Source of the DNA: Octopus sinensis
Taxonomy: Eukaryota
DNA: 64,000 bases
Reading direction: 5' to 3'
Assembly (NCBI RefSeq): GCF_006345805.1
Contig: NC_042999.1
Coordinates: forward strand, 139,066,001-139,130,000
Shown here: positions 52,428 to 64,000 of the stretch, one piece after another
Numbering within the stretch: the first letter of the stretch is position 1
Layout: the number at the start of each line of letters is the position of its first letter
The notes under the pieces: model-generated
Seen by the model: the letters and a program-made list of their open reading frames with translations, nothing else
The model's database searches: none
Told to the model about the DNA's origin: nothing
Position numbers and translations under genes: made by a program

Positions 52428-53724
52428 GTAATTAGCCCTAGTTTCTATATTATTCAATTTTATAAAGTCTCCTACAACAATCATGGATTAGTGATATCTA
52501 TATTTCAAACAATTTTCTTATTTTAATGTCTTTTTGGACTCAACATTTCACTCAGTATTTTCAGCCACCATCTTCAGGTGATATTCTTGAATTAGGGATC
52601 TATTTGAAAATTGAACGTTTATTTTGCTATCTGATTATATTCTTCTAAACATGTATCTATTATTCTGAAGTACAATAGTGTAAAGGTTAAAGCAGTTGTA
52701 TGTAGTATGAGTATTGTTAGGGATGGCAGCAAACTGTTAATGTACATAAAATGAAAATAGATATTAGAAATGTAAGCAATATAGTAATGTTTGGTAAGGG
52801 TCAGTATGTTTCCAAGGAACAGGACAGATTCCTTGGAGGAAATAGATGCATGCTCTGAGATGCATGTCTTGAAAGAGATGGAAAAGGTATTATCATAACT
52901 GGGTACATTGATGAATTTGAACGAACAGATGTGTTTTTCCACTTGATATGCTAATGCTATGATTACTGTTGGTGTTGCTGTTGTTTAACCCCAAATCAAG
53001 CCTGAATAGGCAGAACATTTCAACCAGGATTATCATCTCTTTATCAATATCTAGAGCTGCACTGTCCAATGTGCACATCCTTTTTTAATATGGTAGAGTG
53101 TGATTTGAAGGATATTTGGCTACTAATTCTAGCCACTTGAGTAGTAACCTCATAAATGGAACTTCTTGTTGGAGTATGGATGTGTGTTGTGATGAAGCTG
53201 CTGCAATGGTAAAAGGAAGACTTTAGAGGAGTTTTGTCAAATATATGCAATCTAGAACTGAATGCAAATCAGGCTGCAAACACAGAAACATTTCCCACTA
53301 CTACACTGGTTATGGATGTATTATGATTGAGGAGCAGTGAATAAGAATATTCTACAAGGAACCAGGGTGATCAGCAATAATTTGAGTTGAGAAAGAATTT
53401 TCAGATTGTGTGATCCAGTAAGGTATCCTTTGTTCTATGGGTGTTGATTTTGTTGGAAGCTGAACTTTTTTGATATATATAAAATGTGTTTGCAGAAAAT
53501 GGAAGGAACCCCTGTACATATGTATGACATTGTGTACTTTAAGTGAATTACAATTTTTATCCTATGTTTTACATCAAGTGTTACTTACTCTGCCTCTGAA
53601 GAGAAGGAAAGAGTAAACAACTGAGCTATCAAGCACATGGATGTGAAAAACAAAAGGAAAGAAAGTTAATGTGGTATATGAGTGATATAGTAGTATTACA
53701 TTAAACATTTAATATATCTAAGAC

Positions 53725-54030
53725 GGCACTTGTGCCGGTGGCATGTGAACAAAACATTCGAGTGAGGTTGTTGCTAGTGCCGCTGGACTGACTCCTGTGC
53801 AGGTGGAACATAAAAAACACCATCGCCACCAGACTGGTCCTTGTGCAGGTGGCACGTAAAAGCATCCACTACACTCTCGGAGTGGTTGGCATTAGGAAGG
53901 ACATCCAGCTGTAGAAACTCTGTGATATCAGATTAGAGTCTGGTGCAGCCATCTGATTTGCCAGTCCTCAGTCAAATCGTCCAACTCATGCTAGCATGGA
54001 AAGTTGACGTTAAATGATGATGATGATGTT
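53725..54030 (+). mobile_element. Repeat family C (LINE/SINE 3' end with (GAT)n tail)
   Basis: GGAGTGGTTGGxxTTAGGAAGGxCATCCAGCTGTAGAAAC core. Other copies: 55845-56170(-), 56585-56920(+), 57640-57980(-), 58190-58370(+), 58425-58685(+), 59375-59545(+), 62700-63000(-). Confidence 0.8.
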
Positions 54031-54104
54031 ATGTTACTCTGTTTTTTTGTTTTAAATAGATTCAGCTTGTTTAGTCCTTGAATGTTCTATATTTACTTTT
54101 GCAG

Positions 54105-54339
54105 GGAAATATATGTTTGCTTCTTCTGTTGGTTTTCCTGGACAAAGAGCATATCTGAAGAAAGTCTTTAACAACTATATCGGGAGTATTAGTTTCTATT
54201 ATCACATGTTTGGAAAAGACATGGGAAGCCTAAATATTTATATTCAAACTAATTCCAGCAAAACTGAAATTGCATCTATATCAGACAATCAAGGTGATGG
54301 ATGGAAATATCTATGTCTACCTGTAGCAGTGAAATATGG
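54105..54339 (+). CDS. SRCR-MAM protein, exon 5 (MAM1 core)
   Basis: Acceptor ttttgcAG. Encodes GKYMF...RAYL...FYYHMFGKDMGSLNIY...NQGDGWK. Donor GTAAGA at 54340, phase 2. Confidence 0.93.
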
Positions 54340-57300
54340 GTAAGAAGAATAGTTTGGTTTTAATATCTCTTAATGGTTCATTGTTGATTTTCAAGCAATG
54401 TTTATGCCAAAATTTTGGCAGATTATCTTATTTGGGAGACCAACAGAAGATATGTAATCATGATACAACATTTTATGTCTGTCCTTATATCTAACAACAG
54501 CTAAAAAATTCACCTCCCACCTTCTGAGTTATAAAGAAATGGTAGTTCATTCTGACTACTCATGTAGCAATGATTTGACAGTTTATCTCTGACCTTCCCT
54601 GTAATAATAATTTAGCAGTTCACTTCTAATTTATCATGTCTCTAAATGACCAACTATTGATTTGTCACTGATATTGGTACCAAAACACAAATCTGTGATG
54701 GAGGTGTATGATCATCTTTGCTAACTTAGTAAATTCATAGCCTTTATCAGCATTGGGAGAATAAAATACATAGTTGACTCCAGGGACATTTGAACTCATA
54801 ACAGGTCAAAATTAAAAACTGTGAGATTTAAAAACTGAAACTAGTCAAATAATTATTTTTGATACAACTACAGGTTCACAGATCTGAAATTAGGTAACAG
54901 CTGAATTATAAAGCCCCCTAGCAGTAGATGGACATTTATTTTATTGACTCTAGAAGAATGAAAGGGAAAGCCAGCTTCACCGTGATTGAAATAATTCAGA
55001 ACGTAAGGGACATATGTATAACTGCAAGTTTAATCCCTTACTCTTCTGTTTCTACCATTAACTCTTTCATGAAATTAACTATGAAATAGAAATTAAATGA
55101 AATACAAAAAAAAAACATTAAAAAAATTATCTTATATCAGTGTAGCTAGACATTTTATAGATGAAATGGTAACTAATGTGCACAAGACGACACCTATAGA
55201 ATACAAGACAAAAACAGAACTTAACAGAAATAATCTTCTGAGTTAACAACAACCCACCCTCAATAGTAGTAGTATGGAGGCATGCACTGTAACAGTGCAT
55301 TGCTGCATCCTCCATTTGTTGGTAATTCCCTATTCCTGACAGATTACTCCTTTGCACATTCAGGTAGCAGCCCTCCAACCTACAGGTCTGTTTGGATAGT
55401 TATTGCTGGTGAGGATTTTATGAGGTCAGAGTGCAAACCCTACCTCAACCTCTTTTAGTTGCCTTTTATGACACAGAGAGGCCCCACACAGCACTAAAGC
55501 AATGAGAGATGAAGTGTTCAGCTCAAGAATATATTTGACTGCTTGATCCCGGAATTGAATCCATGATCTATTAATTGTGGATGCAACACCCTAACCACTA
55601 GGCCACACACCTTGACAAGCTCTATAGATTGGAAATGAAAGAATTGCAAGTCACTTATAGCAATTAAAGCAAATATTTGGCTATAAAAATTAAACAGGGT
55701 TAAAGAAACCAACTGTATTACAAAACGTTTTTGTAACACTTTAGTGTTTCTCCTGATACAAGACATATTTGGAGTCAGTTAGGTCTAAATTATCTCAGAG
55801 CATGCTGTGGATTGACACACATCATTCTCAAACATCATCATCATTTAGTGTTTGCATTCCATGCTGGCATGAGTTAGATGGTTTGACTGAAGTTAGTAAG
55901 TTGGAGAGCTGCACCAGGTTCCAATCTGATTTGGCATGGTTTCAACAGCTGGATGCCCTTCCTAATGCCAACCTCTCCAAGAGTGAATGGGTGATTTTTA
56001 TGTGCTACCAGCACAGGTACCTGTTATGTGACTCTGGCATTGGCTACAACCACAGTTCCACTTAGATTGAGGGGTAATCTCAAGCATGACATATCACCAA
56101 AAATCTTGGTCACCTGTCATTGCCTCCATGAGTTCAGTGTTTGAAGATCATGCTTCCCCACCTCATCCTATATCTTCTTGGGTTAAAACTTAAACTATAT
56201 AGAAGTAAAATATGCTGAGAATTGCACAAAAATAACCTTCCACAATTGTAAACCATCAAGTAACTACATGCTGAACACAAAACTATCAGTAGTTATAACT
56301 ACACACTTATTCATGTTGGTTAACTCCAGATGAGTCCTGATTGATCATTTTTCAGGAGCAGTGCATCAAATATCACAAAGGGATCCTATGGAAGAGGCAG
56401 ACCAAGGAAGACATATAAACTTGATACTTTTACAAATTACTGTCAGAAATATAGTTTTAGTTTTAGATATTTAAAAAAAAATTTTACTATGAGGAAAAAT
56501 AATGAAAAATTTTTGTTACAAATTAATTTTAGCTATTAAGAATGTAGTCTTCAATAGTTATATAAATTACTTTGAATCTTGGATCTCACGGAGGCAATGA
56601 CAAGTGATCAAGACCTTTGACAATTTGCTGTGCTTGAGGAGACTCATCAAGCCAAGTGAAATTGTAGTCATGGCCAGTGCTGGTGACATGTAAAAGGCAC
56701 CCATGCCAGTGACACATGAGAGGCACCTGCTTCACTCTTGGAGTGGTTGGCATTAGGAAGGGCATCCAGCTGTAGAAACCAAGCTAAATTAGACTGAAAC
56801 CTGGTACAGCTCTTTGGCTTACCAGTTCCAGTCAAACCACCAGACACATGCCAGTATGGAAAACAGATGCTAAATTATGGTGATTATGGTGATGCTGATG
56901 ATGATGACAATGATGATGATGATAGGATGTGATATTTTAAAGAACATTTGGTTGCTGTTTTAAGCAAGTCATATAAATGATTCTTCATTAATTTGCTAGC
57001 CATTCAGTTAGTCAAGTAACTGTTCAAAAAACAGTTTGTCATTATGTCTATACTAAAAATAACCTCTTAATTATTAGTTTCCTGAAAATGAAATTTGACT
57101 CTGATATTGTTTTAAATATTTTAATCGTTTTCAGAAATTATATTTTGCTGCTTATAGAAAAAGGTCTAAATATTTAATTCTAGATACATTTAAAAATTAC
57201 TTTTTGTTATCAAAAATATAAACTTGATACTTTTACAAATTAGTTTGTACTGTCAGAAATATAGTTTTAGTTTTAGGCATTTAAAAAAAAATGTTACTAT

Positions 57301-58870
57301 GAGGAAAAATAATTAAAAATTTTTGTTACAAATTAATTTTGGCTATTAGGAATGTAGTCTTCAATAGTTATATAAATTACTTTTTGCTATTAGAAACATA
57401 GCCTTGTATAAATATACATTTATCTGTTCATTTATTTGTTTGTTTGTGTATTTATTTATTTATTTATTTATTCATTTTTTTATTTAAAGAGTGTAGATAT
57501 CTTAATTGAACTGATGGAAAAAAAATGAAAAGTTATGACTCATATCCTCTCTGTCAATGTGTTGTGCAACTGCTGTATTTGCTCCACATGATTGTACACA
57601 TACACACACACACACACACACGCAAACACACACAGATACATTCATCATCATCATCATCATTTAACATCTGTTGTCCATGCTGGTATGGGTTGGACAGTTT
57701 GACTAGAGGTGGCAAGCTGCGGGAGCTGCACCAGACTCCAGTCTGATCTGACATGGTTCCTACAGCTGGATGCCCTTCCTAATACCATCCACGTTACAGA
57801 GTGTGCTGGTGCTTTTATGTGGCACTGCATGGTTGATTTTATGTGGCACTTCCACAAATGGTGTTTACCACCAGAGGGACCAGTCTTAACACTTCTGCTG
57901 TGGAGTACAGGTCTTCTTGAGTATGGCAAGGCACAAGACATTTCAGTCCTTTGTCATCTTGCCTGAAAGGTTCAGTGACCTTATGTATTCATATCATTGA
58001 TGTGGCTCCTAATATTCTTATTTCTGTTCTTATTACAACATTTATTACTATTAATGATAGAGGAATCATGTAGCTCTTCTACAACAAGAACCTGCTTTGC
58101 TCCAATCCTTTCTCTCATACCTTAACCCTTACCTAGTATAAAGACATGACTGCCTCCTCCACCCCACCTCCTCAAATTTTGTAGACTTGCAAATTGCATG
58201 GCAGCCTCACTAGTGATGGTAGCATGAAAAAAACACCTGGTATAAAGTTGTTGGTGTTAGTAAGGGCATCCAACTGTAGAAACCATGCCCTAGCAGACAC
58301 TAGCTAGATCCTATTAAACCTTCCTACCCATGCTAGCGTGGAACATGGCTGTTAAATGATGATGATGATATATAATTCGACTAAATAGATAGTAACAATA
58401 CAAAAGAATTGATGTTATTAATATAATGTGTCGGTGGCACGTAAAATACACCAATCCGACTGTGGCCGTTGCCAGCCTCGCCTGGCACCTGTGCAGGTGG
58501 CACGTAAAAAGCACCCACTACACTCACGGAGTGGTTGGTGTTAGGAAGGGCATCCAGCTGTAGAAACATTGCCAGATAAGACTGGAGCCTGGTGCAGCCT
58601 TCTGGCTTCCCAGATCCCCGGTCAAACCGTCCAACCCATGCTAGCATGGAGAACGGACGTTAAACGATGATGATGATGATGATATATATCTTAGTTCATA
58701 TAAATTAAGAGACTCTCTACTTCATTTTCTTTCAAAGGTAGATAATATATGAAACAATTCTAGGACATATTTCTTGGGTATATTTCTTTCAAAATAAAGC
58801 ATTGGACCTTTTTAATTTATGTAACAAAACATCTAATTTTATGAAGACTATAGCCTTTTGAACTTCAATT

Positions 58871-59274
58871 CTCTTTTTCTCTTTTTACTTGTTTCAGTCA
58901 TATGACTGTGGCCATGCTGGAGCACCGCCTTTAGTCGAGCAAATCGACCCCGGGACTTATTCTTTGTAAGCCCAGTACTTATTCTATCGGTCTCTTTTGC
59001 CGAACCGCTAAGTGACGGGGACGTAAACACACCAGCATCGGTTGTCAAGCAATGCTAGGGGAACAAACACAGACACACAAACACATACACTTATATATAT
59101 ATACATATATACGACAGGCTTCTTTCAGTTTCCGTCTACCAAATCCACTCACAAGGCTTTGGTCGGCCCGAGGCTATAGCAGAAGACACTTGCCCAAGAT
59201 GCCATGCAGTGGGACTGAACCCAGAACCATGTGGTTGGTAGGCAAGCTACTTACCACACAGCCACTCCTGCGCC
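58871..59274 (-). mobile_element. SINE family A, near full length
   Basis: Reverse complement of the family A consensus. Confidence 0.88.
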
Positions 59275-59861
59275 TATGAGCATATAATAGAATAAAAGGA
59301 ATTCTTTTCTCAACTGAGAGGTCTTGTTGTGCAAGTTTCTTGAGGATGTTACTGCTTCCAATGCCATGTAAAAACATCTAGTACACTCTGTAAAGCGGCT
59401 GACATTTTGAAGGGCATCCAGTCATGAAAACCATACCAAAGCAGACAGTTGAGCTTGACATAGTCTTCTAACTTGCTAGTGCCTGTCAATCTGTCCAACC
59501 CATACCAGTTTGGAAGGAGGATGCTAAATGATGATGATGATCATATTGTTCAAAATAAAGCTAACATGTTTGCAATCATAAGTTCACTTTATTAATAAGA
59601 TATGATAATGATACCATAAGCCAATGTTGACTTAAAAATCTAGGACTCTTGAAAAATGTATGATATTAGTGGAATTCTTATCTACTGTAGTTATGACCAT
59701 AGTAACATGTGTGTGATGCTAGCTGGGATTTGAGTGCATTTAAAAACATACAAGAAGCAGAAATACAATAAAGTTAAATATTTTCTTTGGCATTAAGATC
59801 GCTTTCATCACTTACTTTGATGAAATTTTTCCTTTTAGTTTTTTAAATTTTTTATTTAAAG

Positions 59862-59956
59862 GTATCAAGAAATCGTATTTGAAGCATTCCATGGAAATGG
59901 TACTGAAAGTGGTATTGCTCTTGATGACATGACTATATCAACAGAGAACTGTTCAC
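59862..59956 (+). CDS. SRCR-MAM protein, exon 6 (MAM1 C-terminal part)
   Basis: Encodes YQEIVFEAFHGNGTESGIALDDMTISTENCS. AG at 59861, donor GTGAGG at 59957, phase 1. Confidence 0.92.
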
Positions 59957-60001
59957 GTGAGGGAACAACTATATTATTACATATTATCATATTATCACGA
60001 A

Positions 60002-60233
60002 AGGCGGTGAGCTGGCAGAAACGTTAGCACGCCAGGCGAAATGCGTAGCCGTATTTCGTCTGCTCTTACGTTCTGAGTTCAAATTCCGTCGAGGTTGACT
60101 TTGCCTTTCATCCTTTCGGGGTCGATAAATTAAGTACCAGTTACGCACTGGGATTGATGTAATCGACTTAATCCGTTTTTCTGTCCTTGTTTGTCCCCTC
60201 TGTATTTAGCCCCTTGTGGGTAGTAAAGAAATA
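60002..60233 (+). mobile_element. Young SINE family B monomer with 17-bp flanking direct repeat
   Basis: TATTACATATTATCATA at 59975-59991 and 60234-60250; most CpGs retained. Confidence 0.85.
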
Positions 60234-60262
60234 TATTACATATTATCATATACTCTTATATG

Positions 60263-60460
60263 TAAGGTGATGAGCTGGCAAAATTGTTAGCATGCTGGGT
60301 AAAAAGCTTAGCACTATTTTATCTGTCTTTATGTTCTGGGTTCAAACTCTGTTGAGGTTAACTTTACTTTTCATCCTTTCATGTTGAGCATTGGGATTGA
60401 TGTAATTGATTTACCTACTCCCCTGAAATTGCTGACTTTGTACTAAAATTTGAAACCATT
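60263..60460 (+). mobile_element. Old SINE family B copy, CpG-decayed
   Basis: AAGGTGATGAGCTGGC...TTGTTAGCATGCTGGG versus AAGGCGGxGAGCTGGC...ACGTTAGCACGCCxGG. Confidence 0.8.
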
Positions 60461-61213
60461 ATAAACTAGTATGAAATATTATTTTGTTGTAAATAATTAA
60501 CTTTATCAACTGTGTGTATGAATAAACATCTCTGTATACGTGAACACATGTATATGTGTGAATGTGTGTGTGTGTGTGTGTGTGTGTGCATATGTTAATA
60601 CATGTACCCATTTTTTCCATTCTGATTAGATTTATATTTCTGATTTCAACATGTGGCCTACACAGAAACAATAAAAAGAATGATGAAATGAAAGGAAAGC
60701 TTTAAAAATATTTTTCATCTCCTTCAGTATATGCTGTCATCTTTTAAGATTTAAATATTTTAGTGACATACATTGTACCCTATACTCTGGTTCATGATGT
60801 TTCAGAATTATGAAGTTTCTCTGCTTTCCTTTCAACCTAAAGTTCAGCTATGATTTGTTCCAGGATGATCATTATAAAGTTGCTGGTTCAATACCAGACA
60901 CAATTATATCATAGAGTACGCTGTATGAGTAAAAGAAGGAGCTTCTATGTTGTTGCTCATCATGTTAGAAACAGCAACTAAATCATCCTCAAATCATACC
61001 CTACTGTATTAGGAAAGAATAGAAAACATTAGATAATGTATACTGATATATAACTAAAAGACAGGCTGGTTAAGGTGGAAAGCCTTTGACCATACAATAA
61101 TGACATGCAGCTAATCAAAAACAACACAATAAAGTACAATTAATATATGAATGTTGCACTTTGTACTTTATGTATCACAATCTGAAAAGGACTAGGAAAT
61201 TTGGAGTTGTTAA

Positions 61214-61434
61214 CCCTTTCATTACTATATTTATTTTGAGATGCTCTGTGTTTCTTTCAATTACTTTAAATATAACAAAGAATTTAGTAAAATAACTTAG
61301 TTATCATTCAGCTAGTGTTAGGAGCATAAATTGTGACTAAGGTTTGATGGAAGATTTCAATTCAAAACTTATGCAAACAGGATATTTGTACTACAGAACC
61401 AGAGGTGGTTTCAGCAGGGTTGGTAACAAAAGGG
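61214..61434. mobile_element. piggyBac-type MITE
   Basis: TTAA-CCCTTT...AAAGGG-TTAA, with the TSD at 61210-61213 and 61435-61438. Confidence 0.8.
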
Positions 61435-62150
61435 TTAATGTAAGAACAGGGATTATTTGCTTGAATAAACAAATGTAGTCACTATGTATTACAAGCAAAT
61501 ACACCAAACATTCCAACAACCAGTATTTTGCTCTGATTGTTGTTTGAATTAGAAATATAGTGTTTCTTGATTAGCACTCTCGTTTTGATGTTTTAATACA
61601 CATTCTGAAATAAAGAAAAAGATAGATACATTCATGTAGTGTTTCCACTATGACTTTGTGCATGTGTGTGTGTGTGTGTGTGTGTGTAGACAAACCTACA
61701 GCCAACAAATATCCATCCCTAAATAAATGTGAATAGATTAAATTTGGTTATTAGCAGCAAAAATATTAAAAGAAAAAGTTCCTTCAAGATAAATAATCAA
61801 ATGCCTGTATTCTGAAATAATTAAACTTGAAAAATATTGAGAGTGTAATCATCTGATGCCAGCTGTGATGGACAGATCCTTTAGTATAGTTTAATGACAG
61901 ATGACCATCAAAAATGACAATTTATTCACAGTTCAGCTTTGGTAGAAGAGCCAAGACACTGGGACAACTTCAAATTATACAGTACAGATACCTTATAGAT
62001 ACAAACAAGTATAAAACTGGATTTCTTTATATCCTTTGGAAATTTCAAGTGGGTTTAGTAGTTTGAGTTTGCTTGCAAATCTCAAATCATGAAGAGTAGT
62101 CAGAAATAACTGAATTAATTTATTAAATCAAATTTTTGCATTAATTTCAG

Positions 62151-62270
62151 AATGGAATGTTAGCTGTAATTTTAATGAAAACACTTGCAATTATGATATT
62201 GAAAATAATGATATAAATGGTGGCTGGAGAATTGAGAAGATATCTGGTCTGGAAGATCGTTCTAATTATG
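62151..62270 (+). CDS. SRCR-MAM protein, exon 7 (MAM2 N-terminal part); gene continues beyond the window
   Basis: Acceptor aatttcAG. Encodes WNVSCNFNENTCNY...GWRI...LEDRS. Donor GTAATT at 62271, phase 1. Confidence 0.85.
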
Positions 62271-63498
62271 GTAATTATTCATGTTCTTGATATTTTTATT
62301 TCAAGTAGAAATAATAAAATGTTAATCAATAGACACAATCATATCATACAAAACCATATTACTCTAAGTAAAGTACGTGGATGGCCGTAACTTTTGGAAG
62401 AAAAGCTTGTAAAAATGACTGATGTGAAAGTTGAAGATTTGCAGCATTATAGGATAAATTGCTAGCTAAAGAATTATGTTTAAAAATTATAAGAACAACA
62501 TTTATAGACTTGATCACTGTGGTAAATCCAACTAAAGCATCAAATCACTAAGCTAAATTTTAAAATTCTTTCTGTGATTCATTGCTGTTGTTAATGTATC
62601 GGCGCACTTGTTGTCGTCATTCTCCACCTCCTCCTCCTGCTCCTCCCCCTCCTGTTCCTCCTGCCTCTTCTCCTTCTCCTGCTCCTGCTCCTCCTCCTCA
62701 TCATTATCATCTGGAAGGTATGACAGGATACAATGGGTCCAAGGACTGCAATGTACACTACTTGTCTACATTGGTATGGTTTCTACAGCTGGATGCCCTT
62801 CCTAATGTCAACCACTTTGCAATGTGTACTGGGTACCTTTTTCATATCTCCAGTATTAGTGAAGTTGCCATGCAGTTTGCAAGACTATGAACCACAAGAG
62901 AGGATACTTTTGTGCTTGGAGGTGATGGGTTAAAGTATGAGAGAAGGAGCCAGAGCAGAACAAGGCCCTTTCTGTTGAGGGGTTACATGGCTACTCAAAT
63001 TTATGAAGAGAAGGTGCCAGTGATTGGATTGGAACTTGGAAGAAATAAAAATAGTGGAGATGAGGTGTCTTAAGTGAGTAGAAGTGAATGAGGATGGAAG
63101 AACTAGGAGTGTGGCTGAGTAGAAGTTGCAAAAGTGTATGGGAAAATGAGAGATGAGGAATGGGTGAGGTGGTGAATATAATGAATGAAGAACAAATGCT
63201 GAATGGGGGGATAAGTAGGGAAAGTAAGGAAGAGTAGGGGACAACTGTAGAGATTGGATTTAGGAGTAGAGAATGGTGGTTACAGAGCATGGAGGTGATC
63301 AATGATGCATGAAGGTAAAGAGTAGCAGAATAATGGTAATGATAGAGTAGACAGGGGTAAGATGAGGGGGCAGGAGAGAAAGAGAGTAAGAGATATATAA
63401 TAGTGGAGAAGGTGAGATAATTTGGTGGCACAGGGAAAGGTGAATGTAAAATGTGGGTGGCTAGTGAGAAAGATTTGTGGTATCAAGGAAAAGCTGCA

Positions 63499-63499
<1 letters not shown>

Positions 63500-63544
<45 letters not shown>

Positions 63545-63551
63545 TATATGC

Positions 63552-63585
<34 letters not shown>

Positions 63586-63592
63586 ATATATA

Positions 63593-63651
<59 letters not shown>

Positions 63652-63680
63652 ATGTATGTATATATATATATATATACACA
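63500..63680. repeat. (TA)n/(TG)n microsatellite
   Basis: Directly visible. Confidence 0.95.
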
Positions 63681-64000
63681 CAATTTTAATATTTTATAAG
63701 TCTTTGGTGTAATAATATTTTCCTTATGTAAATATCATTGTTTATGTAATGATCTAATTATTGTAATTTTCTATATTATTAGATATTAAATTTAAGTTTA
63801 TTCGTAAGATATTACTTAGCGATAGATTTGTTGTTTGATAGCAAGTATACGAGGTGTCTAAAGTTAGGCTTTTGTATATACATGTATTAATAGTATTAAT
63901 TGTAGTTTTAAATTTCTTACAATTAAAATTAGATAAACTTTGATAAACTTAGATATGTTTCGACTAAAGATTGGTCCAGGCCATGTCTAACTTAATAGCA

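Noticed and set aside
62582-62890. Pro-rich 102-aa ORF after exon 7
   Set aside because: Built from a CCT/CTC low-complexity tract plus a family C repeat.
5925-63699. Dozens of ORFs rich in YI/CV/MYVC/HT/SL/KER repeats
   Set aside because: They are translations of (TA)n, (CA)n, (TACA)n, (TC)n and (TCTT)n microsatellites, not genes.

Overview
AT-rich, microsatellite-dense eukaryotic DNA. The tRNA-derived SINE families and (CA)n/(TACA)n/(TA)n tracts suggest an octopus (coleoid cephalopod) genome; this is an inference from repeat content. The first ~43 kb is repeat-derived: a degenerate L1/Tx1-clade LINE, a Gypsy LTR element with an in-frame protease/RT deletion, several Tc1/mariner relics and MITEs, two copies of a non-autonomous Helitron, R4-, RTE- and Penelope-like fragments, and many SINEs. 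From 45,850 to the window end lies the 5' part of a + strand gene that I assembled by hand from seven GT-AG exons with consistent phases (324 codons). It encodes signal peptide - SRCR (6 Cys) - MAM - start of a second MAM. Notable structures include a perfect 307-bp palindrome, a trimeric SINE with a 17-bp TSD, a minimal hammerhead-like motif, locally templated insertions, and a shift in CpG decay at about 43 kb. No CRISPR array, rRNA or true tRNA gene was seen. All coordinates were counted by hand and element boundaries are approximate unless a junction is quoted. No database search was run.
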